Assembly (NCBI RefSeq): GCF_009914755.1
Contig: NC_060925.1
Length of the DNA: 64,000 nt
From: the human T2T-CHM13v2.0 reference genome, Homo sapiens
Strand: one strand, 5' to 3'
Each line of letters opens with the position of its first letter. Within the stretch, counting starts at the first letter, position 1. A program made the translations under genes and the position numbers. Below, in pieces: positions 1-14,613 of the stretch. The notes beneath the pieces were generated by a model. It was not told the origin of the DNA and searched no databases. It saw nothing but the letters and a program-made list of their open reading frames with translations.

Positions 1-3000
1 AAGTATAGGGTACAAGTTTGGGAGGCTGAGAGATGAGGCTGGAGGAACAGTCAGAGGTCAGATTATGAAGGGGCTTTTATAACATGTTAAGACACTTGGA
101 CTTTATCTTGCCATATAGACAACTCCCTCTCACCTAAGTAGGAAATGACAAGCTGGCAATTAAAGTGCTTCAAATAACGTATCTTAGTATGTGGAATCCT
201 TAATTGTGTAGAAAGAGGAGAAAATCTATCTAAAAACTTACCCAAGAAACCAACACATGGTATATACTGAACAAGAATCCTTACGATTGATGGGCAAAGG
301 AGAGGTGAGATTTCTAGTGAAATATAAAATTAGAAAGTATCATAAACCAAATCCCAGAAGCAGCATGCAGGGCTGAAATGTTATAGGCCAAAGCACCCTC
401 GGGCAAATTTTGTCCATTACATGGTAAGTTCTAAAGCAGCAGGGACAAGGCTCAGAGTAACTAAACCCGGATGGAACACCTGCAGTTTTTCCCTGAACGT
501 CAGCATAAATATTTGACATGTCTTCCTTTCTGTGAAGGGGCCCTGTCCCAGTGGGAGTGGTGTCTGGTATCCCTTAGCAGAAGTATTTGTTTTCTTAAGC
601 TTTTCTTTATGTCCTAGAGGTGGATTCTAAAAGTCCCTAACGTATTTTGATTTTGAATTTTCACAAAAGTATTTTTTTCTTTCACAGTAATTCAGTATAA
701 AAGGCAATAAAAGTGATGTATCCAGAAATATTCAGGACCTGCTATCAGCACCACATGGGAATAAACTATCTTGCCACTTGCACATCCCATGGGAAAAAAG
801 AATCACAATCCACATATAGGAAATATTGCATGTGTTTGCCTCCGTTTTGCTTGTATTGTCTGCTCTGCTGAAAGGCAGATTTTTTGCAGATAAAAGCTGC
901 CCTGCGTTGGTGAACTGCTCACCTATTTTACTCAGGAAGAAAAGGCTTTGTGAAAATCAGGAGCAAAGCCTGATTTGCAGAATACCATCTAAAAATAAAA
1001 TGCATAAAAATGTCAAAATATGCTAAGAATACAGGGCCACCTTCATGCTTTGAAAAATTACCTAGCAAATTCAGCAAATGCTGTTTTTAAGTGAATGTAA
1101 ATTATGTGTTTTCGAAGTTTCATCTTGTGAATTGGTGGCTAGGTGCTGAAGGAGACATGAGGGTGTGGAGGCGGCCTTTCTCTTCTTGCTGCACTAGGGC
1201 AATAGATCTGTGGTTAAAGCAGATGAACTGGGAAGCTCTTGATCAGGCGTACGAAATACCCAGATTCTTGTATATTTTCTAGTTTGTGTGCACAAGGCTT
1301 CTGGCTTGGCTGCTTTTGCCAGTGGGGAAGCATTAGTGAACAAAACAGATACAGCTTCCAGTTTTCAAGAGCTCACAGTCTAGCAAGTCACTGCAACTTT
1401 AAAAAGGGGATGTACATGTGTGGTTTAAAGTATGGTGGGTAAAGCCTTTAGGGGTTGTAAAAGTTCAGTCACTGGGGCCTAATTCTGCAAAAGAGAAATT
1501 CTTCCCAAAGCTGGGATACATTGAGTGTCTTGGGCACCAGAGCAGAAGTTTTAGTTAAAATATTAAGATCCAGCACAAAGTTACCTCCCACCAGTTGAAT
1601 CTGTTTTTGAAATTTGGAAAAATGGCCTCTGTTTCTCCACAACTATGTATTGGTAATTCTTCCCTGGGGACTAACTTCATATATATATTTTCACAATAAT
1701 GCATACTGAATAAATCTGAATATTTTGCTTATGGAATCAACAAATAATCTCCAGAGAAAGTTTCATTATGCAGTCATATATAAGATATGAAACAGATTTT
1801 TTCCCTTTATTTTAAGAAATATGCATAGCATAAAAATTCTCAGGCTCTCTTTGCTTTATGTAGCACCATTTCTGATAAGATACCAGGTTTCAACAAACTG
1901 GCTCAGTGGACATTTAAAATTCCCATTGTGAGTGCCAGGGCTTAGTGGAAGATGTTTGACCATGTGCGCTAACCTATCAGTGTTCATCTACATATTGGGA
2001 GACTGAACCTGATCTATTCTGCACAACTGGACAGAAAAATATGGAGGTGGGTTCTCAGCCAAGGGTTAAAAAAGGAAGTAATCTCTTTTGCTGTAAACTT
2101 TTTCTCAGCAGGTGTAAAATAGCTGCAATCAGGTAGGCTTTGGTAAGTGGCAGCTGCTATCTGCCCAATTGAAAGATCAGAAATTCTCACCCTATTTCTG
2201 TTTCAATTATGTAGACAGTGGCTCCAATTTTCAAGTGTCTAAAGGCATGCCTAACTCTGTGATAAGAAATGGATGTGGGCCAGAGTGGGAGCCATGTGCA
2301 AAGCTGTGCTGCAAACCCTTTTTCTAGTGATACCAGCTCTAGACAATCAAGGTCCCTCGGTTATCATTATAGAGTCATTAAACTCAGGAGCCAGCAGTGA
2401 TCACTAAAAAATGGATGTACAGATGAGGAAACTGAGGCCTAGAGAGGTTAATAATCTGACTTGTGGTCAGACAGCTTGTAGACTTATCTAGATATAGCCT
2501 CTGTCCTTAAGCTGCTGCCTAAGGACAGCTAAGTGCTAAGTTTATTGCTAAGTGGTAAACTGATTAGTATCACAACCACCTGCAACATTATGTTGAGAGG
2601 ATTCTGAAGTTGCATCCTGATTCAGGTGGAAATAGTGCTATGATTGATTAGCAATGTCTGCCTGGGGAGAAGGTGGGATATGGTTTGCTGTGTATTTGCT
2701 GAATTTGGTTGAATGATGATGGCTGCTTTGTAATCACGATTGCTACAGGATGTGAAGTGTGCTTCAGTCAGAACAAAGCGCTCTGAATCTTCTTGGAGGG
2801 GCAGGACGGTTTCACAGAGGAGACAACATTTGAATTTGATCTTGAAGGACAAGTAGAAGTTTTCCTGAGAGAGAAAGAGGAAGGAAAGGAAAGAAGACAT
2901 TGCATGAGGAAAGAATAGCTTATGTAGGCAACCTGATATGTGGATAAAAAAAGGAAATTGATGATCATTGATTGTCTGCTATGTAATGGGCACTAAGCTA

Positions 3001-4529
3001 GGCCTTTTCTGTGTTATCTAAGTATTTAATTTTCATAATGACCCTTTGGTTTTACAGATGAGGAATCAGAGAAAAAGAAAATTAAGATGTCTGAGGTCAT
3101 TCAGCTATTAAGTAGAGCTAAGATTTTAATTCTTGGGGCTTCAAAGTAACTTTAGTGGCAGCAACTCAGAGGAACAGTATAGGTAAGGAAGAGTGGATCA
3201 GAGAGGCAGAGATCATTAGTTTGGATTTGGACTATTGAACTTGAGTTGCTTCTGGGACATCCAGATTGGGATGGCTAATACTGTTGGAAATCTGGCACAG
3301 AGTGATCTGGTGATGGTTTAAAAAAAAAATCAAAGGCTCTTTGATAACAGACCTTGTGCATTTTACATCTAGGTTCCTGCCTAATAGTGGAGATGTTTCT
3401 GCCTTTGCTATTCTAGCAGGGGAAACTATACGTAATAAATGCATATGCTTTATATTGTTTTAGTGATTCAAATGACTGTCAATGCAATATTAAATTCAGA
3501 ATTGATAGGAAAACTGTCCTACTTAGAAATTCAAGAGTTCTTGGCACAATACTATTTATTATCACCATGAGACCTGTGCTGTAGCAAAACTCTGCTTGTG
3601 TTTCGGTGAAAGACTGTTTAACATGCATGTTTCACTCTACCGAGGTTCAACTTTGACCTATAAGAGGACAGTGTATATTCCTTAGAGAGATGCTAGGAGG
3701 TACCACAATTGATATCTATGTATGAGAAGTGGGTGGGATATGCCTGCATGAGCAACATAATCTAAACCAAGTTCAAAAAAAGAAGTTTTTTTTTTTCCCA
3801 CAGGTGCAATCTTGACAAGAAGAAAAATCTCAAAAAGGTATTTTGCATTGGTAAATTCTGATGTCTTGGGCAGCTCCAGGACTGTTTGTCATGCTTTCCT
3901 TATGGACTTCTGGTTATGCCTCCTTAAGGATGTGGGCTGAGGGATAATCATTTAAAATAGTCCAGGCACCATTTCTGATTCTTTGTTCCCTAGAATGATG
4001 ATGGTGGTGGTGGTGGTGACCACAACGGTGACAACAATGATACCACCATATTTCATTGATTTTTAAAATGTTTTTCCACATTTTCAGCTATCTAAGAATA
4101 CTTATACTCAGTACTTCCTTGCAGTCACTGTCAGCCTGCAACAAAGTTAAATTTGTCCACAGAGGATTGGCATTATTTCACATGGTCACCTGGGGTCACT
4201 ACCAACCTGAGACCATTTAAAGTTATTTGCTGAGGTGTTTTGTTTGTTTGTTTTCGCACTGTCAGTATGAACTTGTATCAGAAACCTGCATGAGTATCTG
4301 CTTGTGGTTCAAGTTCTCAGGGAAGATTATTTTTCCTCTTTCTCTTCTTGCTGTGCCTTTCTGAATGGAAGCTTTCTTTCTGGCATATTCTAGTGCTAAG
4401 GGAATAGCTGTTTGGTGTTTCAGCTTTTTGCAGAGGTCTCTTATTAGACTCCCATCTTACTTTTCTTTCTTATTCTATTTAGAGTAACAGTGTGACTAAC
4501 AATCGATGGTCTCTTATAGCTGATGAACT

Positions 4530-4718
4530 ACTGTAACAATAAAAGCTAACATTTACTTAGCACTTTCCTTTTACCAGGCAGTGCTCTAAGGGCTTTTTAT
4601 ATGCGATAACTCATTTAAACCTTCAATAATTATATTAGATGGGTACTCTTATTTTCCCCAATTTTAGGTAAGAAAACGTATGCTGTGTGCCCAGGGTTGC
4701 ACATATTGACTCACTTAG
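4530..4718 (-). mobile_element. MIR SINE interrupted by the MER51 LTR
   Basis: Reverse-complement MIR core (ctaacatttacttagcac...ccccaattttag...ccagggttgcaca). Confidence 0.65.
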
Positions 4719-5418
4719 TGTTACCAGTGGAGGGTGTCCAGGTTCTGGGCGTTTTGAACAAAGAATTGCACAAAACACACAAACAAAGCAAGGAAAGAAT
4801 GAAGCAACAAAAGCAGAGACTTATTGAAAACGAAAGTACACTCCACAGGGTGGGAGTGGCCAGAGCATAAGGGGCTCAAGGGCCTGGATGCAGAATCTTC
4901 TCAGGTCCAAATACCCCCTAGAGGTTTCCCATTAGCCTGATGTAAATGAAGTGGTGTTCACCTCATGTAAATGAAGTGGTGGTCTGCAACCAGTCCGATT
5001 GGTTGCAGAAAGCAACCAATCAGAGGCTGAGTTACAAAGGTCACAGTCCTATGCAAGTTTTCTGCAACCAATCAGAGGCTAAAGTGATGTTACAAAGTTA
5101 CATTTCTATGCAAACGAAGACTTGGCCCACAATCAGTCTGATTGGTTGCAGACAGCAGTTAATCAGAGGCTGAAGTGAAGTTTCATAGGTCACACTCCCA
5201 TGCAAGCATCTGATTGGTTGCAAAAAGCAACCAATCAGAGATACTTTCCATTTTCAATCTGCCACCTAGAAAAAGTGGGGTTTTGCAAAGGGAGTGGTCT
5301 CTGGTCCTTTTGTTACCTAGCCAGTGGAAAGTTAGGGTTTTTCTTTCAATTTAGTCCTAGGAAGTCAGCGTGAAACGGCCTTAGGTTCCCTGCCTCCAGA
5401 CCCTATTCTCTTGCCTCA
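4719..5418 (-). mobile_element. Solo ERV1 LTR, MER51-like
   Basis: TG...CA termini and a 4-bp TSD TTAG (4715-4718 / 5419-5422). The - strand starts tgaggcaagagaatagggtctggaggcagggaacctaagg as in MER51. Repeated CCAAT units; inserted in a MIR. Confidence 0.85.
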
Positions 5419-5787
5419 TTAGTGTAACTTGACCACCTGAGTCTACCGGTACACCCCTGGTGAGAATCCACTTTTAGCTTTGTAAAGTACTTGGCATAAT
5501 GCCTGATACTTGCTGAGTACATAGTGAGCTGTTGCAAGTCCCTTCCACTAAAAAATAAGCTATTGTCCTTATCAGAAGAATAGGATACTCTTTTGTTATC
5601 TATTTCTCATTCCATGATATAGGATTCTAGCTTTAAGTGTTGTCAATCTCAGACAAGAGTTGATTATCTAAAAAATATGGATTCTTGTAAGCCTTTTCAT
5701 TATGTGCCATATAAAAAATGTTGCTCCAAGCAGGTTTACTAGTTTATCACCATTCAGATTTACAAGTTCTATCAGGAACTTCAAAGC

Positions 5788-5890
5788 AATTTCCTAGTAA
5801 ATTTCCTAGTAAAAAGTCCAGTTTAACAAATGTTTAAATTTTTCTCACTTCTCTTTATATTTTAAATTTTTCTCACTTCTCTTTATATTT
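5788..5890. repeat. Two adjacent perfect tandem duplications (12 bp x2; 28 bp x2)
   Basis: aatttcctagta at 5788-5799 and 5800-5811; tttaaatttttctcacttctctttatat at 5833-5860 and 5861-5888. Confidence 0.9.
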
Positions 5891-8800
5891 CACACCCTAA
5901 CCCTCTCCCTCACTTTCCCATTCCCCACCACATTCACCTCAAATCTACACAGAAATCTTAAAGTGAGATGAATTAAGAAAAAAAAAGAAAATTGCCTTTT
6001 TTCTTTTATGAAAAAACATATTTTTATAATAATCTGAATCTGAAATTTTTGAAATAATTTAGGACTTATATTTAGAAAAAATCATTTAATCCCTCTGTCC
6101 TTCCTTCTTTCTCTCCTTCATTCTTTCATTTCTTCCACAAATATTTACTGAATATTTTCTGTTAAAGACATTGTGCTTGATACTGCCTTATGAGATATAT
6201 TTCTCAGATTTTGTTCATGTCCTGAAGAAATTTTCAAAGACAAAATTAAGGGGGAATCTTTCTCTCCTTCCCTCCCTTCCTTTCTCCCTCCACTCTCCCT
6301 CTTCCCTCTTTCCTCCATCTTCTTTCTCCATCCACCCCATCCCACCCCACCCTTATCCATGAACTAGAAGCCAAGGAGGAACAAATGCTTTATGGGGGAA
6401 ACACTCTGAGCAAGTTATATTGGAACTTGCAGAGATGAGGATGGTAGAATACAGCAAGGGGGCCAGGAGGAGCAGCATGAACAAGGTCACAGTAACTGGA
6501 TAGCAAAGGGGCTTTAGAGAAGGCTGAGAAGTCCAGCTTGAAACATGGAGGACAGGAAAGGGAGAGATGGGAGAGGAGACTTCCCTTCTCACTTCACTTG
6601 TTACAGAGAGATGCATGTGAGGTGTGAGGATAAATGCCATTTAATGTAAGGTCATGTAGATTCACAGAAAAATAAGAGATTCCAGCTGATGTCATTATCA
6701 TCGTAGTCATTTTCATCATTGTCGGGATGCCTCTGGCAGGACTTCCTCCCTAATGACACCAGGACCACCAGAATTTACACTTATGCTCTGCTTCTGTGTC
6801 CTGAACACCTTGGAGGTACGAATGGATTCTAAGAGACAAACTCATCTCGTTTAGAGTGAAAAGATGACAAGCAGAGGTTCGCAGAAGCCACATACAACCA
6901 ACGAAGCCTATAAGGTAGCTGAGAATTAAACAAAAGCACCTGTTCCGATTACCTTCATTGTTCCTGGTTAGTTAGCACCTCCCTTTCCTCAACAGAATGC
7001 CCGGCGCACAGGGGTGGGATCTGAGTGAGGGCAACAGGTGGATTGGAGAACATTTCTTCCCATAAGTAGTAGGATTTGATGGAAAAACAAGTAACTTCAG
7101 GGTAATAAAATGATGGAAAGTCCTGATGGGTCAGGTCCATATCTAATCTTAAGAAGGGCAGCCTTAGGCAGCATAGTGGGTGCTAGAATCATTGGTACCA
7201 TCAAGAAAAGAGTAGTAATGTGAATTTCAAAGAAGATCACTTTGGGATAATGAACAGCATGACAGAATCCGGGAGCCTAATGAAGAAGATGTGATATAGT
7301 AAAAGAAATATACTGAGTGTAGGCTTTGAATAGGGCAGAAGGAGTGGAACTAGAGAGGCAAGAGGAGATGTGATTACGGAAGGTCTTGTATATCATACCA
7401 AGGGTCTGCACTTACACTGTAGAGTCCAGAGGGATCTAAATGTAGGATAGACAGGATCAGGTTTGATTTTGGAAAGCTCAGTCTGGAGGTGGTGTGGCCA
7501 ATGTTTGGGAAGTGGTAAAGACTCTTTCGGGAAAGACAATATCAAGAGCAAACATGGACTACTTCATCAGGTATCACCAGCAGATATTAAATTATCAGTA
7601 CAAAACCCAGCAATTATTACTTTCAGATCGGCCTTTTTTCTCTTACTAGGAGAATATAGTCCAGATAGAGTGTACGTGCATGAATAATCATCATAGTCTT
7701 AACAGAGGATGAAGTTTAATGAGTGTTATCAGTTAGATAATTATTTATATAATCTCAGTTTTCCAGACAAAGAAATAGAGGCATAGTGAGATGAAGTGAC
7801 TGCCCAAAGTCATAGATGGAGAAAATGGTAAAGATGACTTGAACTCTGATATTCTGCCTCTAGAGCCTGTGTTCTAGTGTGTGAATTAACTAAGTTGTTA
7901 ATTGTTATTCATACTAATGGGAACATTCTCATATAACTGGTTCAGAAATTTTAAAAACTGGTACCAGCCTTAGGTAGATTTTGTAATGCAGTTTGTCAGT
8001 AACCAAAATACCTAATTCATATGGAAAATTAAGAGGCTGGTGTGAAGCATGATAATTACATTTACTTTGAAATCAGCAATTTGTGGATAAATTTAATTCA
8101 TTTTGCCCAACTCTGGCTTTATTCCCGGTATTAAAAAGACAACTACAGGGTGCACTTGGTTAGCACTCAGGGAAAATAAAGCAATTATTTTTCCACTTCT
8201 GCTAGAGAACACTAGGTACCCTTTGTCAGTCAATTGTATAGACTCTTATTGTAGGCAGTTTGTAGGAACCAACCTGATGGAATGGGTATGTCTTCCTCTT
8301 TCAGCTCCACAATCCAATGACCCTTTTGTTCAACAAAGACACAACTAAACAACAAAATGTTGGTAGTTAAAAAAAAGTTTAAAAGTAATAGGACGCCTTC
8401 AACATGGTAATCTACTTTAAGAATTTAGAGCACATGTCAGTATGTCACCTTCAGACATGGTTATAGTCCAGTAAGAATTACAAATCCAACAAACAAAAAT
8501 CAAGGCAATAGAGTTTTCATGGGTACCACTGTAATAAATTCTTCTGTGCAAAAAGCCAGTCCTAGAGAAAAATTATAGGTAGCAACATTTCCTGAGGAAC
8601 TTTTTTCCCAAAGGAGTTTTTTTTTTGGGGGGGGGTGTGCAGACATTATTGAGAAGTTCAAGTTAACATGAGCATTATGACTGTATCAGATGACATGATA
8701 AGAGGTTACATTGAACTTTCTAACACCTATTCTTAAATTATAATAAAAAAACTCATTGAGTTTTTAACATGCCTGTACATTTTCTCATTTTATTCAGGGA

Positions 8801-10859
8801 GTAGATTTAGGTTTTTCTGGCCTGACTGGATTTTTAAACTGCTACAAGATAACATAAAAATAATCATGGCTATATTCACTGAGTTTGTTTCATTTTGTAA
8901 AATTATGAAAAACAAGTTTATCTCATTCAGTCTCTTTAGCATATTGATTCAGTATATCTCCCTTTATAGAAAAGAAAGAAAGCAAGGATTTTCACAAGAT
9001 AGAGCTGAAGACTGATATTGAGTACATAGAATGAAGAGCCCAGAAAGCAACGTCTCTCAGTGTGGCTGGACAGATAGACACAAATAAATTTCATCCAAAG
9101 GGTTAGTTCTGATTATGAGAACATGGGAGCCTTGGGCCTTCTTTACTTACCCATACCCCTAACAAATTAGTGGGGTTTTTCCTAGAGTTCACTATAGTTT
9201 AATAAGCGGGATACACCCAGATTTTTGATTCAACGATGAAATAAAATGAATGAAGCTTTTATTTATATACTCTGTGCTTTGCTACTTCAACTTTGTGCAA
9301 ATGGAAAGAAGCTTTATTGCATTCAGAGAGAATTAGATTTGGAACTTGGTCAGTGGCACAAGATAGAACTATAACATATTGATGAGACAACTTTTTATGT
9401 GGGAAAATAATTAGCGTTTGATAAAATCACAAAGAAGCAATGGGTAGGGACTCATCAATGTGTGAAGTGACTGAGCACTGATACACATAACACAGTTGAC
9501 ATTGTCTTTAATATTTATTATTGAATAAATGACAGCATGTGAACAAAAGTGTATGCTTTTCACACTAGTGAATACTTGGTCATTAAACAATAGTTAAATA
9601 AAAAACACAACTTTATACCATTGGTTATAATTTAGGAAAAAGAAAACAAAAACATCTGACAATAGACTGGATTAAAAGTTAAAGATTTTATTTTGTGGTT
9701 AAAGACTACTTCTACAGTAGAAAGAATAAAAACATATACATATTAATATAGATTGCAAATTTGCTAGGTCCGGATCTTTGCACTTGTGTTCTCTCCCAAA
9801 ATAATGGATTTTCTGTGGATTTTATTTTGGAATAGGTATTTCTCCTATGAAGTCTGATAAATGATATTCCCACTCTAAAGAGCAAGCAGCTAGAATGCCA
9901 TGTTTTTGATGCATATTTTTGCAGCACAGAGGGGATTAAATTCTAAATGTCTCAGCTGTTAAAGGCCCCTTCAGACTTGCCCAAAATGAAGAACAAAGAA
10001 GGAGAAAGCTTTCCCTAAAGCAATTCATCAGATCTATTTGGGCACAGTGACATTTTCTCAGAACTTATATGGATAAGTTACACTGAACAGTTCAAGGGTT
10101 TGCAGCTGCTTGGAATATTTAAGAAAAAAATATCTCTAGTTCTTACGCATTTCATATGGTCTGACCAGTGCTCAACACTAGCTAATGTTCACTGAGGCTG
10201 TAACCATCAGTAGTTATGTCGTAATAGCTTTTGTTTCTCGAGAGCTCATTATGTGCCTGGTACTGTGTTCTGCATTTTCCACTCATTGTATCACTTAATA
10301 TTTATGCTTCTGATCTTAGGGGAATGACTGTTTATATTGCATATATGCCATTTTTTTGCAGTATGAAAAATTTGTTGAGCCGAGTGTCATACATTATAAA
10401 CTGACATGTACTTACTGTTGTTTAATCTAATTGGTGGTTGTTAAATCTAAAGGATGTTCTGACTACTTCAATAAAGGCAGCAGCAATCACTTCCATAAAT
10501 AAATCATTAGACGTAGAACACATGTGTAAACAGGTAGAGTCTTCTAATTTGCTAAGTGTTGATGGACTCAAAACAGTTACTAGAACAAGCCATAGATGGA
10601 ATACATTTATTGATGGAATAAGTCAAACAACTTGAAACAAGGCATTGTGGTGTCTTAAATGGTAATTCAAATAAAATGAAGTGATTGATACATTTTTACT
10701 TGTTTGGAAAGTGGAGAATATTTTAGAATTGCAAAACATTGCACTTTTATATACATTTATCCTTTCATTATCCTAATGTAGGGTAGATAGGACAGTTGAT
10801 TGCATCCAACTTCATTTATTTGGCTTATTATCTTTTGTTTTATGATTTTAACTCTGTCT

Positions 10860-11240
10860 AGAATCATCTCCTACCACTTAGAGTCTATGTATTCTTCTGA
10901 CCAAATGACTTCAAGTTTTCTGACCAAATTAATGGCCTTTCAAACTGTTAATCCCTCTGCCTGGAATGCCCTTCACATCTTCTCTTGGCGAGGCCGCCGC
11001 GGTCCTCAGGACTCTGTTGGAATATCACCACCCCAGACAAACATTCCCTGAACTGTTCCTCCTATACTTACCCTTCCTCTGGCCTCCCACAGCACCCTGT
11101 GTATACCCACATTAGCATCATTTGACACCTGGTATTATAGTGTTCTATTTACTGGCCAGCTGCACCAAGTTGTGACTCTTTGGAAGCATGGTGTGTCTTT
11201 TATGGTTTTATTTCGGTTTTTTCAGCACCTAGCCAAGTCT
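10860..11240 (+). mobile_element. L2 LINE 3' fragment
   Basis: L2-like motifs ccctctgcctggaatgccctt ... cagcacctagc. Confidence 0.6.
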
Positions 11241-11450
11241 ACACAGAGTATGGACTCAATGAGCGATTGTGGCTTGAAGATGTAAATTCTTTAGTATGTA
11301 TTGCATGATATACATGTGAGACATGCATGTATATCATGCATATTAGTACTTTGTTCACTTCCCCACCTCCCACATCCCTATGACACACACACATTCTCAT
11401 TGCATTCAGCGATGTGTAGCCTTCTGTCTCATCCATGGTTTTCATTGTAG

Positions 11451-11557
11451 TTGCTGAAGCTTGAGGTCACGATCTGGTGGAAGTGACTACTAGAAGAAGG
11501 CACATGTGCATTGTATTCTGTTGTACTTGTCATCTGGAGCACACAGTGTACTTGAAG
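11451..11557 (+). CDS. ST6GALNAC3: Candidate alternative/cassette exon of ST6GALNAC3; ATG at 11504 gives an 18-aa N-terminus in frame with exon 2
   Basis: Acceptor ...ggttttcattgtag (AG 11449-11450) and donor AAG|GTATGC (GT 11558-11559). 11504-11557 is 54 nt (MCIVFCCTCHLEHTVYLK), ending in phase 0. No transcript evidence is available here. Confidence 0.5.
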
Positions 11558-13217
11558 GTATGCCTTTTCTAGTGGAATTTCAGAGTGGTTTCATACTAGC
11601 AGTATGAGAACACTTTCATGCTAAACAAGAAGGGCAAAGAATCAAACCCGGGCAATGTAACAGAAACTGAGCTGGGGGCCTGAGCTGCAGAAGGAACCTC
11701 TGTCCACTGCAGAATACCACTCCCAGTGGCACACAGAGGAGAGGGTGTCTGGCTTCTGCTCTCTGGTTGCTCCCTTCACCCTCTCTGTGCTCATTACTTG
11801 GTTCCCTTTGATAGAACATGAGAGGCAGACATGGGTTGCCAGGGAGCAGGCTTTTACAACTGCTATTTCATCCTGTTTTGAAATTTCTCTCAAAATGGTT
11901 GACTTATTTTTCTCTCACGTATGCATACGTATGTGTTGCTGCACACAACAGTGGATTCAGAAAGGCTATCCACATCTTTGTCCCCAAACCCCCAGCCATG
12001 CAATGCAATATAGCAACCAAGAGAACCAGAGAGCCGTGCTGAGCTCTGAATAAACAAAAGCACAAATCCCATCTGGGTCTCCTTCAAAGCAAGCTGCTAT
12101 TTTGCAACAAGCTACCAAATGACGATTAAGAAAAAGGTTCTTACCTGTTTACTTAATGGGTGACTGGCCTCTTTGCTTTTATTTAGCCATCTGTTCTGGT
12201 CTATGTCCCTTTAAACTTGTAAGATCCATCACTTCATTAAACTGTTACCTTGACACATTGCAATGTTGTGGACATAATGATTCCACAGAGGAGCAAATTA
12301 AAACAGTTTTTCATGATTAGAAGCTTAAATGAGGTAAGGCTGTGGTAGTTAGTGGTGAGATAAGGGGTGTTGAGGAGGCAGAGCTCAAGGGGCTTTCAGG
12401 CGATTGGAAGATTAGGCTGGCGAGATGGAGGGCTGGGGCTTTTCCAAATTATGGGAGGTGAGCAAGAAGCAAGACTGCCTTTGGGTATCGCTGACTCCTG
12501 GGGGCTGGTTCCATTGCCCATACAGAGGCTGTGACCCTGGCCCTGGGAGGATACAGGAACTGCCTTCAGGTTTCTTGACTTCCCTAGGAGAGTCTGCGAA
12601 GAGCAAAAAGAACTAATTCCACCGGGTAGTGGTAAGCTGAAAATGCAACAACAATAAACATTTTGGTCTTTCACAGAAAGTTATGTGGCTTTCCTTAAGT
12701 TCGAAGAAGAATCAGGGGGCCCAGCCCAACTATAAGAAAGAATATTTTATTGTGTCTTTACCCTGCACTTCATGGCTTCAGCAGTCCTCCTTCTTGCTCT
12801 AGACTTACCTTCCACCTGACTCCTTGACAGTTGCTGAAAACTAGAAAGTCAAGGGCTTTATCTTTTTACTATCTTATGTCAGTTCCTGCTCTGACAACTC
12901 TGGTTTCTTCTGATATGACCCATAATATTGCCGTCACATGGACCCCAAATCTGAGGAATCTCTGAATTTTCCGTCAGCCGCTTCTGTCCTGTCAGTAGCC
13001 CAAGTTCTATTTCTCCCACCTAAATCAAGTTTCTCACATCTTTTTCCACCTTGTTATTTCTTCTTCTTCTGCCCTAGTTTTCATCCCTCATTACCTCTGT
13101 CCTAGGCAATTGGGATAGCCTCCTAACTAGTCACTGCCTACCTATACTCTCTCCCTGCTCCAAAGCATCTTAAACACTGATGTTTGATTATAACTCATAA
13201 CTTCCCCCCACCCCGCC

Positions 13218-14613
<1,396 letters not shown>

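Noticed and set aside
8616-8636. Abutting poly(T)/poly(G) runs
   Set aside because: Simple homopolymers with no associated structure.
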